IMG/VR virus record: IMGVR_UViG_3300027764_000027
Span: 1-29,109 of that record
From: a virus
Taxonomy: Duplodnaviria > Caudoviricetes
Strand: one strand, 5' to 3'
Length of the DNA stretch: 29,109 nucleotides
In this document: piece by piece, positions 1 through 7,504 of the stretch
Position numbering within the stretch: position 1 is the stretch's first letter
Layout of the letters: each line of letters begins with the position of its first letter
The notes under the pieces: generated by a model
The model's input: only the letters and a program-made list of their open reading frames with translations
Database searches by the model: none
Told to the model about the DNA's origin: nothing
Program-made: the position numbers and the translations under genes

Positions 1-12
1 AGGACAAATTAG
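1..12. repeat. Left copy of 12-bp terminal direct repeat AGGACAAATTAG
   Basis: Identical to 29098-29109. Confidence 0.9.
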
Positions 13-125
13 CGAACTGGAACGGAGGCAAATGTAAAAGATTCCTTTAAAGGGGGGGGGTGCGGCGTGTTTGTGTCAGAACCCTGCCCCGATGCTGCTG
101 AGTGCTACTACTACTACCTGATTTT

Positions 126-301
126 CTCACCACACTCACCTCACTCACCACCGGAGCCTGCGCGGCAACGGTTTAAGCGGTGGCGAGAGAGGTGGCGAGT
201 GGCGAGTCGTTTGCACTTTGATTCAATCAAAGGAGCAAAATCGGCGCTTGGGTTGACGGGATTGCGCGCGGATGGAGCGGCGGTGGCGAGTCTGTGGCGA
301 G
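126..301. repeat. Iteron-like cluster, candidate replication origin
   Basis: GTGGCGAG x5 (180, 192, 199, 283, 294) facing near-complementary CTCACC(AC) copies (126, 135, 144); non-coding and just downstream of the helicase. Confidence 0.5.
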
Positions 302-402
302 TCGGTGCCGTCGACGAGCCGAGTGCAGCCGAGCGCAAACACACGCTTCGTCCGCCGGCTGCGCAGATCGAAGCGCGCCTGTTGCCTCCGATCTGCGCGC
401 CC

Positions 403-2025
403 TTACGCGATGAACTTCAGCGGATACTTCGCCACCCGCCGCTGCTTCCGGTGCGAGAACCGAAACCTGCGCCCCGTCTCATCCACCAGCTCCCGCCCGC
501 GCCACCGTTGCAGCTGGCGGCCCCACCTCTTCATCGCACTGCTGTCCAGGTCCTTGTCCCCCACCAGCCCGACCAGCCCTTCTAGCAGCCCCAGCCGGCG
601 CGCAGCCTCCACCATCTCCTGCCGATCGAAATCCGTATCCACCGCCGTCTCACTCGCCAACTTGATCAGCAGCTCACGCATCTCGTCTTCATCCTCCGCA
701 CCGCCGCCGGCCAGCTCAGGCGGCTCCAGCGGGTCCGCGTAGCCAGCGCGCTGCACGATCTCCGAGACCGTCGCCGTGTAATCTTCAAAGCTCTCCATGC
801 CCTTCACGTCCCCAGGCACGCCGCCGCCGGCCCGCACTTCTGCGCGCGATTCCACCGCATTTCTCACCAGCGCAGCAAACGCCGACAGAAAACCCTGCCG
901 CGTCTCATCCTTGCTCAGATACATCGGCGTGATCGTGCGCGTATAAGTCCTCGACCTCACATCCGTGGCGAGATGCAGCTCGATCGCCAGGCTCCGCCGC
1001 ATCAAGTCCGCGCTCACCTTGATGTCGTTGCCCGTCGAGAACACCTGCGTCACGTTTGGCATCCGAAAAATCTCACTGTTCCCACCCATGCAGCGCCCGG
1101 CATGCGAGGACGCCGTGATAAACCGATTCAGCGGCCCGCTAAAAAGCCCGCCGCCGATGTCATCGAGGAACAAGTAGGGCGCCATCGTCCGCGCCTGCGT
1201 CTCCAGCTCCTTGTCCATCTCAGTCTCGTCCTTCGGCGTCTTGCCCGCGCTGGCGTGACCATAGACCGGCATCAAAGCCATCGCCACCAGCGTGCTCTTC
1301 CCCGTGCCTGGCTGATTCCCGATCACCGTCGTCATCGGCTTCGGCGTGCCCTGCGGGAAAAGCGCTCGGCAATAAACCCCGATCATCGTCGCCACCTGCA
1401 CGCTCCAGCTCCGGTTGGCCGCCAGGCGATCCCGCTCCTCCGTCGGCCAGCTCCATGGGTAGCTTTCGCCGTGCGCATCGAGAAAGGCGCAGGCCTTTTC
1501 CAGCGTCCAGTCCATCGCATACTTTAGCCGATCCACCGTGTAGATGCGGCTCGGCGCATCGTAGCCTTCCGGCAGCCATTCAATGTCCCACGCGCTGCCA
1601 CGCCGCACCGGCAGCCGCATCGTGTGGATCCCATCCAGCGGTCGCAACGCCTCCAAAAACATGTCCATCTCCAGCAGCTGCGCGGCATCCTCCACCGCCA
1701 GCGAGTCCCGCAGTCGCCGACCACCCGACGACCGAAACGCGCAGAACTCCTCACAGAACCCAGGGAACCGCCGGGCGGACATCCGTTTCCATTCGCCGGT
1801 TTCTGCGTGCACCGTCCCCACTTCTCCCGCTTTCACAAAAATATCGCGCTTCGAGAGCAGCCGGCCCATCTCGAACGCCAGGGCGCGGATTGGCATCGCC
1901 ACATCGATGGTCGGCGCATACTGCGCGCTTCCTGGGAGATCGATGCCCATGGCGTCCGCAGCACCGCGGAGTTGTTCGAGGACGTGCAAAGGCACCGCAG
2001 CAGAAGCAGAAGGATTCATGGGCAA
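403..2025 (-). CDS. P-loop ATPase, probable replicative helicase (SF3/AAA+-like)
   Basis: Walker A GNQPGTGKST, Walker B LFLDD, sensor-like STGN, Arg-finger-like DLMRR; abuts the primase gene. Confidence 0.8.
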   Translation of the reverse strand: MPMNPSASAAVPLHVLEQLRGAADAMGIDLPGSAQYAPTIDVAMPIRALAFEMGRLLSKRDIFVKAGEVGTVHAETGEWKRMSARRFPGFCEEFCAFRSSGGRRLRDSLAVEDAAQLLEMDMFLEALRPLDGIHTMRLPVRRGSAWDIEWLPEGYDAPSRIYTVDRLKYAMDWTLEKACAFLDAHGESYPWSWPTEERDRLAANRSWSVQVATMIGVYCRALFPQGTPKPMTTVIGNQPGTGKSTLVAMALMPVYGHASAGKTPKDETEMDKELETQARTMAPYLFLDDIGGGLFSGPLNRFITASSHAGRCMGGNSEIFRMPNVTQVFSTGNDIKVSADLMRRSLAIELHLATDVRSRTYTRTITPMYLSKDETRQGFLSAFAALVRNAVESRAEVRAGGGVPGDVKGMESFEDYTATVSEIVQRAGYADPLEPPELAGGGAEDEDEMRELLIKLASETAVDTDFDRQEMVEAARRLGLLEGLVGLVGDKDLDSSAMKRWGRQLQRWRGRELVDETGRRFRFSHRKQRRVAKYPLKFIA

Positions 2026-3162
2026 TCAGGGACGCAACTCCGGCAGCATCCGGAGGGCAGTGGGGTTGGGTTTGGGGCAGAGATAAAGCAGCCGCTGCAT
2101 CTCGCCGGCGCGCGTGCAGCCAGGCAGCCGGGAAAGGCGCACCGCGGTCAAAGCCGCGGGGTCCGCACCGAGTGGCGCGACGATCTGCAAGAGAGTCTTT
2201 TTCACCGCGTCCCACTCCGCCTTGCTTGCCACCTCATAGCGGACCAGCGCGTGAATCGAGCGCTTGCCGCTCGTGTAGATCGCCGCGATCGGCAGAGGCA
2301 GATGGGCCAGCACCCGCAGCCACACCTCAGCGGGCAGCTCATCGCTCTCGAGCACAAAGTAGCGCCACGCCGCCACGTTCCCCTGCGACCGCCGCGTGTA
2401 TTTCGCCGAAACCTCCCGCCCTCCCGCCGGCGGGTAAGTCGCATCGCTGCGCACGATCCATTGCCCGCTCACCGGCTGGGTCAGAAACCACACCCCTTCC
2501 GGCCCGCCCGCCGGCAGCCTCGACTCCACCGCCTTGACCCCGCGCTGCTGGCTCAGCCGATAGCCCGTCACCACAGCCTGCGCGCCAAGCTCCGCAGGCT
2601 TTTTCCAGACGATGAAATCCCCCTGGCTGCGCTGATCCGTGAAAACCAGCACCCGCTCATCCTCCCGGTAAAGCGCATTGAGAAAATCCAGACTGCTCAG
2701 CCCCACGATCTCCACCGCACTCCGGCGCGCGACCCAAGCCTCCGCGATCTCCGGGCAGCCGCGGGTAAACGCATCAATCTGCGCATGATCCAGGGGCGGC
2801 CGATTTGGCCGAGCCTCCGCCTTGGGTTCAGCCGCCACCTCCGCGCCCCAATGGTGCCGCGGCGCCCGCGCCTCCCGGCCATTCTCGGCAAACCAGATCC
2901 GCCGACGCAGCTCCTTGTTGAAGCTCTCGACCGACGCTGAGCACGACCCGTGGAAACAGTAGCCGGTCGGCGCGCCATCCAGCACCACGCGAAAGTCCCG
3001 CTTGCCATTGCCCTTGGTGTGCATGCCCACGCCAGGGCACGCGCAAAAGCCGCCCGTTTCCAGCGCGATCCGCTGCCCCAGCAACTCTCCCAGCAGCACC
3101 TCGGCGATGCTGCGGCGATCGGCTTCACTCACCCAGCCTCCTTGCGCCAGACGCCAAGCCAC
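2026..3162 (-). CDS. AEP/RepB-like DNA primase with N-terminal Zn finger
   Basis: CPG..H..CFHGSC Zn motif; catalytic-type motifs VLESD, YTSGKRSIH, RLSRLPG; true start may be the GTG at 3132. Confidence 0.75.
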   Translation of the reverse strand: MAWRLAQGGWVSEADRRSIAEVLLGELLGQRIALETGGFCACPGVGMHTKGNGKRDFRVVLDGAPTGYCFHGSCSASVESFNKELRRRIWFAENGREARAPRHHWGAEVAAEPKAEARPNRPPLDHAQIDAFTRGCPEIAEAWVARRSAVEIVGLSSLDFLNALYREDERVLVFTDQRSQGDFIVWKKPAELGAQAVVTGYRLSQQRGVKAVESRLPAGGPEGVWFLTQPVSGQWIVRSDATYPPAGGREVSAKYTRRSQGNVAAWRYFVLESDELPAEVWLRVLAHLPLPIAAIYTSGKRSIHALVRYEVASKAEWDAVKKTLLQIVAPLGADPAALTAVRLSRLPGCTRAGEMQRLLYLCPKPNPTALRMLPELRP

Positions 3163-3207
3163 CCCGCGACCGAGGCCGCATTTCGTTTCCAGTGTGCATG
3201 GGCGCAG

Positions 3208-4017
3208 TTAGCCAACCATGACCCCGCCCACCACTTCGCCAGAATCCACCAGGGCGTCCAATGCCTGGCACGCCACCGCGTAATGCACTCGCAGTTTGTT
3301 CTGGATTTCTCCCACGTTTACCGCGGCCCCAATATCAAAGTGCCCCCGGATCTTTTCCAGCACGCGCGCCGGCGTATTAAACCGCGCGCGCACCTCCTCT
3401 GCCGCAATGATCTTTTGCTCGAGGCGCAGGACAAACTCGCCGATCGGGCGCAGCATCGCATGCAGGGCCTCCATCTGCTCCACCGGCAGCGTCTCCCACC
3501 GCCCCTCGATCTCACGCATCCAGAATTCAAACTGCTGCCGCACCGCGTGCGGGCTGCCGACCCCGCTCTCCCGGCCTCCCCCTACCTCGGCACGCGTGAC
3601 CACGCCTTTGATCATGCTCGCCCGCAGCTCCGACGGCGTCAGCTTCTCCCGCTCCGCCGTCTCCAGCCACATCTCGCGCTGCTCCGGCGGCACATCGGCC
3701 CGCGCCGCCACAAAGTGATGCTCCACGCTCAGCGCAGCGTGCGGCACCCCGTCGAGCTTAAGCAGCGCATCCATTGCCTTTACATCCGCAAACTCAAAGT
3801 CCATCTGCAGCAGCGCCTCCGCCGTCCGCTCCTCTCCATAGGCCGCGCGACCATAGCGCACATGCTTAGTCTGCCAGAAGTTCACCGATCTCCGCATCTC
3901 CGAGAGGTAGCGCCCGAGGTCATACCAAGCCTCGAAAAGCAGCCCATCGGGGATGTGCATTTCCTTTTTGAAAAACTGGACTCCGCTGGGGATGGATAAC
4001 GTGTTATTCGGGTGCAT
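3208..4017 (-). CDS. Putative DNA-binding protein with C-terminal FtsK-gamma-like winged helix
   Basis: C-terminal VGEIQNKLRVHYAVACQALDALVDSGEV resembles the FtsK gamma consensus; helical central region. Confidence 0.55.
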   Translation of the reverse strand: MHPNNTLSIPSGVQFFKKEMHIPDGLLFEAWYDLGRYLSEMRRSVNFWQTKHVRYGRAAYGEERTAEALLQMDFEFADVKAMDALLKLDGVPHAALSVEHHFVAARADVPPEQREMWLETAEREKLTPSELRASMIKGVVTRAEVGGGRESGVGSPHAVRQQFEFWMREIEGRWETLPVEQMEALHAMLRPIGEFVLRLEQKIIAAEEVRARFNTPARVLEKIRGHFDIGAAVNVGEIQNKLRVHYAVACQALDALVDSGEVVGGVMVG

Positions 4018-4543
4018 TGGTCGGGGTGGTTGGTAAGTTGGTGTTTTTGATCGTGGTTGAAGTGTTGATCGCCTTCATCGGCGCGCGCATCAGTGCCAGT
4101 CGAAATGCGGCCTTTTCCTCGCATTTCAGCAGCCGCTCACGCGTCTGTTGAGAAATCTTCGCGTCGGGGTTGCGCGCGATACCTCCAAAAAGCGCCTGGG
4201 CACGGTGCATCTCGCGGAAGCTCCGTCGCACCCGCGCCCGCGCGATCATTTCCGCGCCATCCTCCACGAGCACGATGTAGCCCCGCCCGCTCTGATCCCT
4301 GGCCGAGAGATAGAGCCCACTAGCCCCCAGCTCATCATTGATCGCGGCGATGGCTACACCAAAGGCCATCGAGTCAGCCTTCAGTGCCAGCCTTTCTTCG
4401 AGGTAGCCGATGGCGTATTGCGTCCCAAAGGTAATCCCGTTCTCGATCATCTCATCGAACAGGCGCACCCACAGGGCGGGGTAACAGTCATCCTTGGTGA
4501 TTTCCACCGCGGCTTCGATTGGTTCGTTAGGTTCGTTTTTCAT
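4004..4543 (-). CDS. Hypothetical protein directly downstream of the pentamer array (possible accessory DNA-binding protein)
   Basis: 179 aa ORF; ATG lies 8 nt after the array's terminal hairpin; GRGYIV turn followed by basic helices. Confidence 0.7.
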   Translation of the reverse strand: MKNEPNEPIEAAVEITKDDCYPALWVRLFDEMIENGITFGTQYAIGYLEERLALKADSMAFGVAIAAINDELGASGLYLSARDQSGRGYIVLVEDGAEMIARARVRRSFREMHRAQALFGGIARNPDAKISQQTRERLLKCEEKAAFRLALMRAPMKAINTSTTIKNTNLPTTPTNAPE

Positions 4544-4550
4544 AAAGCTG

Positions 4551-5020
4551 TCCGGTGATTAGCCGGATGATTGTGCCTCGCCCAGCGCAGCATAGCCACG
4601 CAAAGCCATTCCGATCAGATTTGAGCAAACTGCAACGGCCCGGGAGCCGCTGTGTGTTTGCCATGCCCTGCCCCGCTATGACACGCTGGGCCCCGCTCTG
4701 CCGCGCAAACTGCAACGGCCCGTAGGCCGCTGTGTGTTTGCTGGGCCTCGCCTCGCCGCGCCTCGCCTCGCCGTGCCTTGCCGTTCCAGGCCAAGCAAAC
4801 TGCAACGGCCCGTAGGCCGCTGTGTGTTTGCTAGGCCAAGCCGCGCCGCGCCAAGCCCTGCCGCTGCAAGCATGGCACTGCACTGCCGCTCCGCGCTGAG
4901 CCCACTGCCGCGCTCCCTCAGGAGCGCGGTGTGTGGACACTGCCCGTCCGAGCCGAGCAGGGACACGCCCCGCCTTGGTCTGCCGTGCATGGGTAAGCAT
5001 AACTTGGCTTCGCCTGGCCT
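4551..5020 (-). ncRNA. Candidate guide-RNA array: five (GGC-NN)n pentamer tracts separated by hairpin repeats
   Basis: Repeats at 4625-4661, 4705-4741, 4795-4831 and a divergent one at 4900-4938; tracts of 82, 68, 53, 43 and ~55 nt in strict 5-nt register; starts right after the RAMP-like gene stop and ends in hairpin 4551-4567. Confidence 0.8.
4625..4831 (-). repeat. Three 37-bp palindromic direct repeats (+ strand GCAAACTGCAACGGCCCGTAGGCCGCTGTGTGTTTGC)
   Basis: Copies at 4705 and 4795 are identical; the copy at 4625 differs only around the loop; outer stem GCAAAC/GTTTGC, inner stem CGGCC/GGCCG. Confidence 0.95.
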
Positions 5021-5629
5021 TTAGGAAACGAGGAAACGTCCGAACTTCGGGCGCCATCCGCCGATGCCACTCAGCCGGCCCGCCAGCTCAAGAGCTTCGC
5101 GCAGAGATTTCTCCGCGACGATGTTCTCATCGAATTCGATGTTGAATGTCAGTTTCCATCCCGTCGGCACCATCGCCCGCACCTTCCAGATCAGCGCACC
5201 GGTTTTGGGCGGCACCTTGGCCGGGCACTCCAGCCGGAAGATTTCGTCATCGTAGTAGGCATCGAGGCTGTTGTGCTTGATCTCCGTGACCAGGTCAGCC
5301 CGGTCCTCGGTAATGATGACCGCCCGGTCAATGTCCTTTCCCTTCTTGGCGGCCGCCGCACCATTGCGGATGCAGGCGATCAAGCAGGTGTCCGGAATGT
5401 AAAACTTCTTTTCCTTGGCGTCCCAGTAGGCGCTCGCCTCCCAGTCGCCGCGCTTTTGCTCGTCGGCCAGCTCCGACATGCGGTTTTCGTCGCCCTTTTT
5501 GCGGGCCGCTTTTAGCAGGCTGTTGATGCGGCGGCTGTTCACGGCGAACGGATTGGCGATCTCCACGGTCTGCGGATTCGACATGATGAGCGGACGGATG
5601 CCCGTCCAGGTTGTTTTGAGACTTTTCAT
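5021..5629 (-). CDS. Stand-alone RAMP/Cas7-like RNA-binding protein
   Basis: N-terminal TGIRPLIM strand, FYIPDTCLIACIRNGA (cf. RAMP IPGSSxKGxxR), C-terminal Gly-rich loop AGRLSGIGGWRPKFGRF; adjacent repeat array. Confidence 0.75.
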   Translation of the reverse strand: MKSLKTTWTGIRPLIMSNPQTVEIANPFAVNSRRINSLLKAARKKGDENRMSELADEQKRGDWEASAYWDAKEKKFYIPDTCLIACIRNGAAAAKKGKDIDRAVIITEDRADLVTEIKHNSLDAYYDDEIFRLECPAKVPPKTGALIWKVRAMVPTGWKLTFNIEFDENIVAEKSLREALELAGRLSGIGGWRPKFGRFLVS

Positions 5630-5677
5630 TTTTATGGGTTTTTTTTGTTTTTTTTGGGTTTACTGCACTGACATCTG

Positions 5678-6301
5678 TTACTCCCCCACGGCATCCAGCC
5701 GCACCCCGTGCCGGCGCGCGTGCACAGCCGTGGCGCGCGCGGCGTAGCTGGCCCTGGCCGATTCGCTGCGGCACCATTTCAGCACGGCAAAGCCAAGCAC
5801 GTCCCGCCACTGGCTCACATACCAATTAAGCTTTGATCGCTGCACTCCGCAGGCCCGCGCGATGTCGCTCTGGGTCCTGCCCCCGGTGACCAGCCCGTCG
5901 AGCCCGGCGGCGAAAATCATTCCCCAATGCGCCAGGCGCGGTTCGATGCCGGGCCGGATCAGATACATCATGATGCGGCAAAGCAGCCCGCTGATCTCCG
6001 TCGTGATCTCCTCCTCCACCTGCGCCCGGTGCCAGGTCATCACCTTTTCGGCCTGGACAAGGCTGATGCCGGCCAGTTCGCAGAGCACCTCCTCGGGCGA
6101 CTCTGGCAGCACCGCCGCGGTGATCCCATACACCGCGTCGTCGCGCATCTTTTGCGTCGGTTGCTGCGCCGTGTTAACCGGAGCGTCGAGCATTGGAGTA
6201 TCGAGGCCGGCGCGCGCCAGCAGCGCGCGATCCTTTGCCGACAGCCCCGCATAAGCAGCCAAGTATTGGGCCTCGCTGTCATTGCGCGCGGAACGGTTCA
6301 T
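5678..6301 (-). CDS. HTH transcriptional regulator (sigma region 4-like C-terminus)
   Basis: RTQSDIARACGVQRSKLNWYVSQW helix-turn-helix; ATGA overlap with the upstream gene. Confidence 0.65.
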   Translation of the reverse strand: MNRSARNDSEAQYLAAYAGLSAKDRALLARAGLDTPMLDAPVNTAQQPTQKMRDDAVYGITAAVLPESPEEVLCELAGISLVQAEKVMTWHRAQVEEEITTEISGLLCRIMMYLIRPGIEPRLAHWGMIFAAGLDGLVTGGRTQSDIARACGVQRSKLNWYVSQWRDVLGFAVLKWCRSESARASYAARATAVHARRHGVRLDAVGE

Positions 6302-6561
6302 GCGTTTACGTTTTCCGTCGCAATCGCTGCCAGCAGCGCGCTAAATCCCCGGCGGGCCCGCACAGGATCCACCGGAGCTCCATTGACGCCGCCCAGCCAG
6401 CGCCACACCACCTGGCGCAACGCCAGCTCTGCATCCTCGCGCTCCGCCGCGATCGCCCAGAGATTTAATCCAAACGCGGGCACCTCCGCCATCCATGCGT
6501 CCGACGCCGGCACCGCCAGCACGCGCACCGTCTCCATCAGCTCCTCAAAGCGCGCGATCAC
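6298..6561 (-). CDS. Hypothetical protein (87 aa)
   Basis: GTG start overlaps the upstream stop (GTGA) and its stop overlaps the downstream ATG. Confidence 0.6.
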   Translation of the reverse strand: MIARFEELMETVRVLAVPASDAWMAEVPAFGLNLWAIAAEREDAELALRQVVWRWLGGVNGAPVDPVRARRGFSALLAAIATENVNA

Positions 6562-6800
6562 TTCGCTCCTCTTTTTTTGCGTGGGGGCTCCGGGATCGGC
6601 ATCCAGTGCGTCACCGCTACGCGCACTCCTTCGGCCGTGCGCCACGTTTCCCCGTCAAGATATCCCAGCCACACCGGCTCGTCCTCGTCCGGGTGGTAAA
6701 TCATCACGGTTATATCCGAGTCGGGCAAATCATCCGCACACCGCGTCCATCGCTTTTTCAAAGCCACGCGCCGCGGGAATTTTTTGTTTTTGCAGATCAT
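6558..6800 (-). CDS. DUF551-like phage protein
   Basis: WTRCADDLP ... VTHWMPIPEPP signature; ATGA-coupled start at 6800. Confidence 0.75.
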   Translation of the reverse strand: MICKNKKFPRRVALKKRWTRCADDLPDSDITVMIYHPDEDEPVWLGYLDGETWRTAEGVRVAVTHWMPIPEPPRKKRGAK

Positions 6801-7015
6801 GCGCGGGCCCTCCGCTGGCGCGTTTTTTGCGCAATTTCTGCGACTTCCGTCGACGCCAGGGAATTCCACGGATGCCGCAGAACCATGCCGCTTTCGTCGC
6901 GGTAGCCGCGGCGCAGCTCCCAAGCCAGCAGCGCAACGCGCACATCGCAAAAGCTCCCGGTGCCGCGCGAGTGGCCACTCAGCGTGATTTCAAAAGATTG
7001 CGCGCGCTCAATCAT
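6797..7015 (-). CDS. Hypothetical protein (72 aa)
   Basis: ATGA overlaps at both ends. Confidence 0.55.
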   Translation of the reverse strand: MIERAQSFEITLSGHSRGTGSFCDVRVALLAWELRRGYRDESGMVLRHPWNSLASTEVAEIAQKTRQRRARA

Positions 7016-7173
7016 TTTGATGAGAGCAGTGAAAAGAACACTTGGGCAACAAGCAACAGCGTGGTGCTGATTGCCACCAGCGCCAGCCACAGACAGCGGC
7101 GCTGGTCCTGGTATTCGCGCTCGCGATCAAGCTGCCATTGGGTTTTGGGGATGTATTTGAGCATTGGGGTCAT
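7012..7173 (-). CDS. Small single-pass membrane protein
   Basis: MTPMLKYIP...CLWLALVAISTTLLLVAQVFFSLL hydrophobic helix; A/C-rich leader. Confidence 0.55.
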   Translation of the reverse strand: MTPMLKYIPKTQWQLDREREYQDQRRCLWLALVAISTTLLLVAQVFFSLLSSK

Positions 7174-7220
7174 TGGGTTGGGTTGTGAATTTGGCAAAGG
7201 CCGCGGCAGCGCGGGGCACC

Positions 7221-7415
7221 TCACGCAAGGTCGCCTTCCGCGGTTTTGTCGGCCTCGATGAGCCGGGCGATGAAATTGGAGAAACTGCGGCCGTCGCGAT
7301 CGGCGGCCGCTTTGCCCAGGCGGTGCAATTTTGCAGGCAGGCTGATGGTCGTTTTGACCACGGGCTCAAATTTCGTAATTTGCTGAATGTCTTTGCGGGA
7401 ATTCCGTTGTTTCAT
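7221..7415 (-). CDS. Ribbon-helix-helix (Arc/CopG-like) regulator
   Basis: KTTISLPAKLHRLGKAAADRDGRSFSNFIARLIE matches the RHH pattern; first gene of the early operon. Confidence 0.8.
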   Translation of the reverse strand: MKQRNSRKDIQQITKFEPVVKTTISLPAKLHRLGKAAADRDGRSFSNFIARLIEADKTAEGDLA

Positions 7416-7470
7416 ACCTGATGTGAATTAGTATGAACAAATCACACAAGCGCAAGGGCAAAGTTACACG
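7407..7470 (-). promoter_or_regulatory. Early promoter/operator region
   Basis: AT-rich intergenic stretch with inverted repeats TTCATAC/GTATGAA (7411, 7431) and TGTGAATT/AAATCACA (7422, 7439). Confidence 0.55.
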
Positions 7471-7504
7471 GACCGGCGTTTCCGGTCAAAAATCATGGAA
7501 GACC

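Noticed and set aside
4742-4794. Simple microsatellite from replication slippage
   Set aside because: Triplets are conserved while dinucleotides differ between neighbouring units, and the register holds across five tracts and their hairpins
4625-4938. Canonical CRISPR array
   Set aside because: Spacer lengths vary widely (43, 53, 68 nt), spacers are internally periodic rather than foreign-looking sequence, and no adaptation or interference cas genes are present
4527-5057. ORFs 4527-5057, 4676-4990 and 4734-5024 across the array
   Set aside because: Low-complexity translations of a 5-nt periodic repeat; a period of 5 and conserved hairpins argue for non-coding RNA
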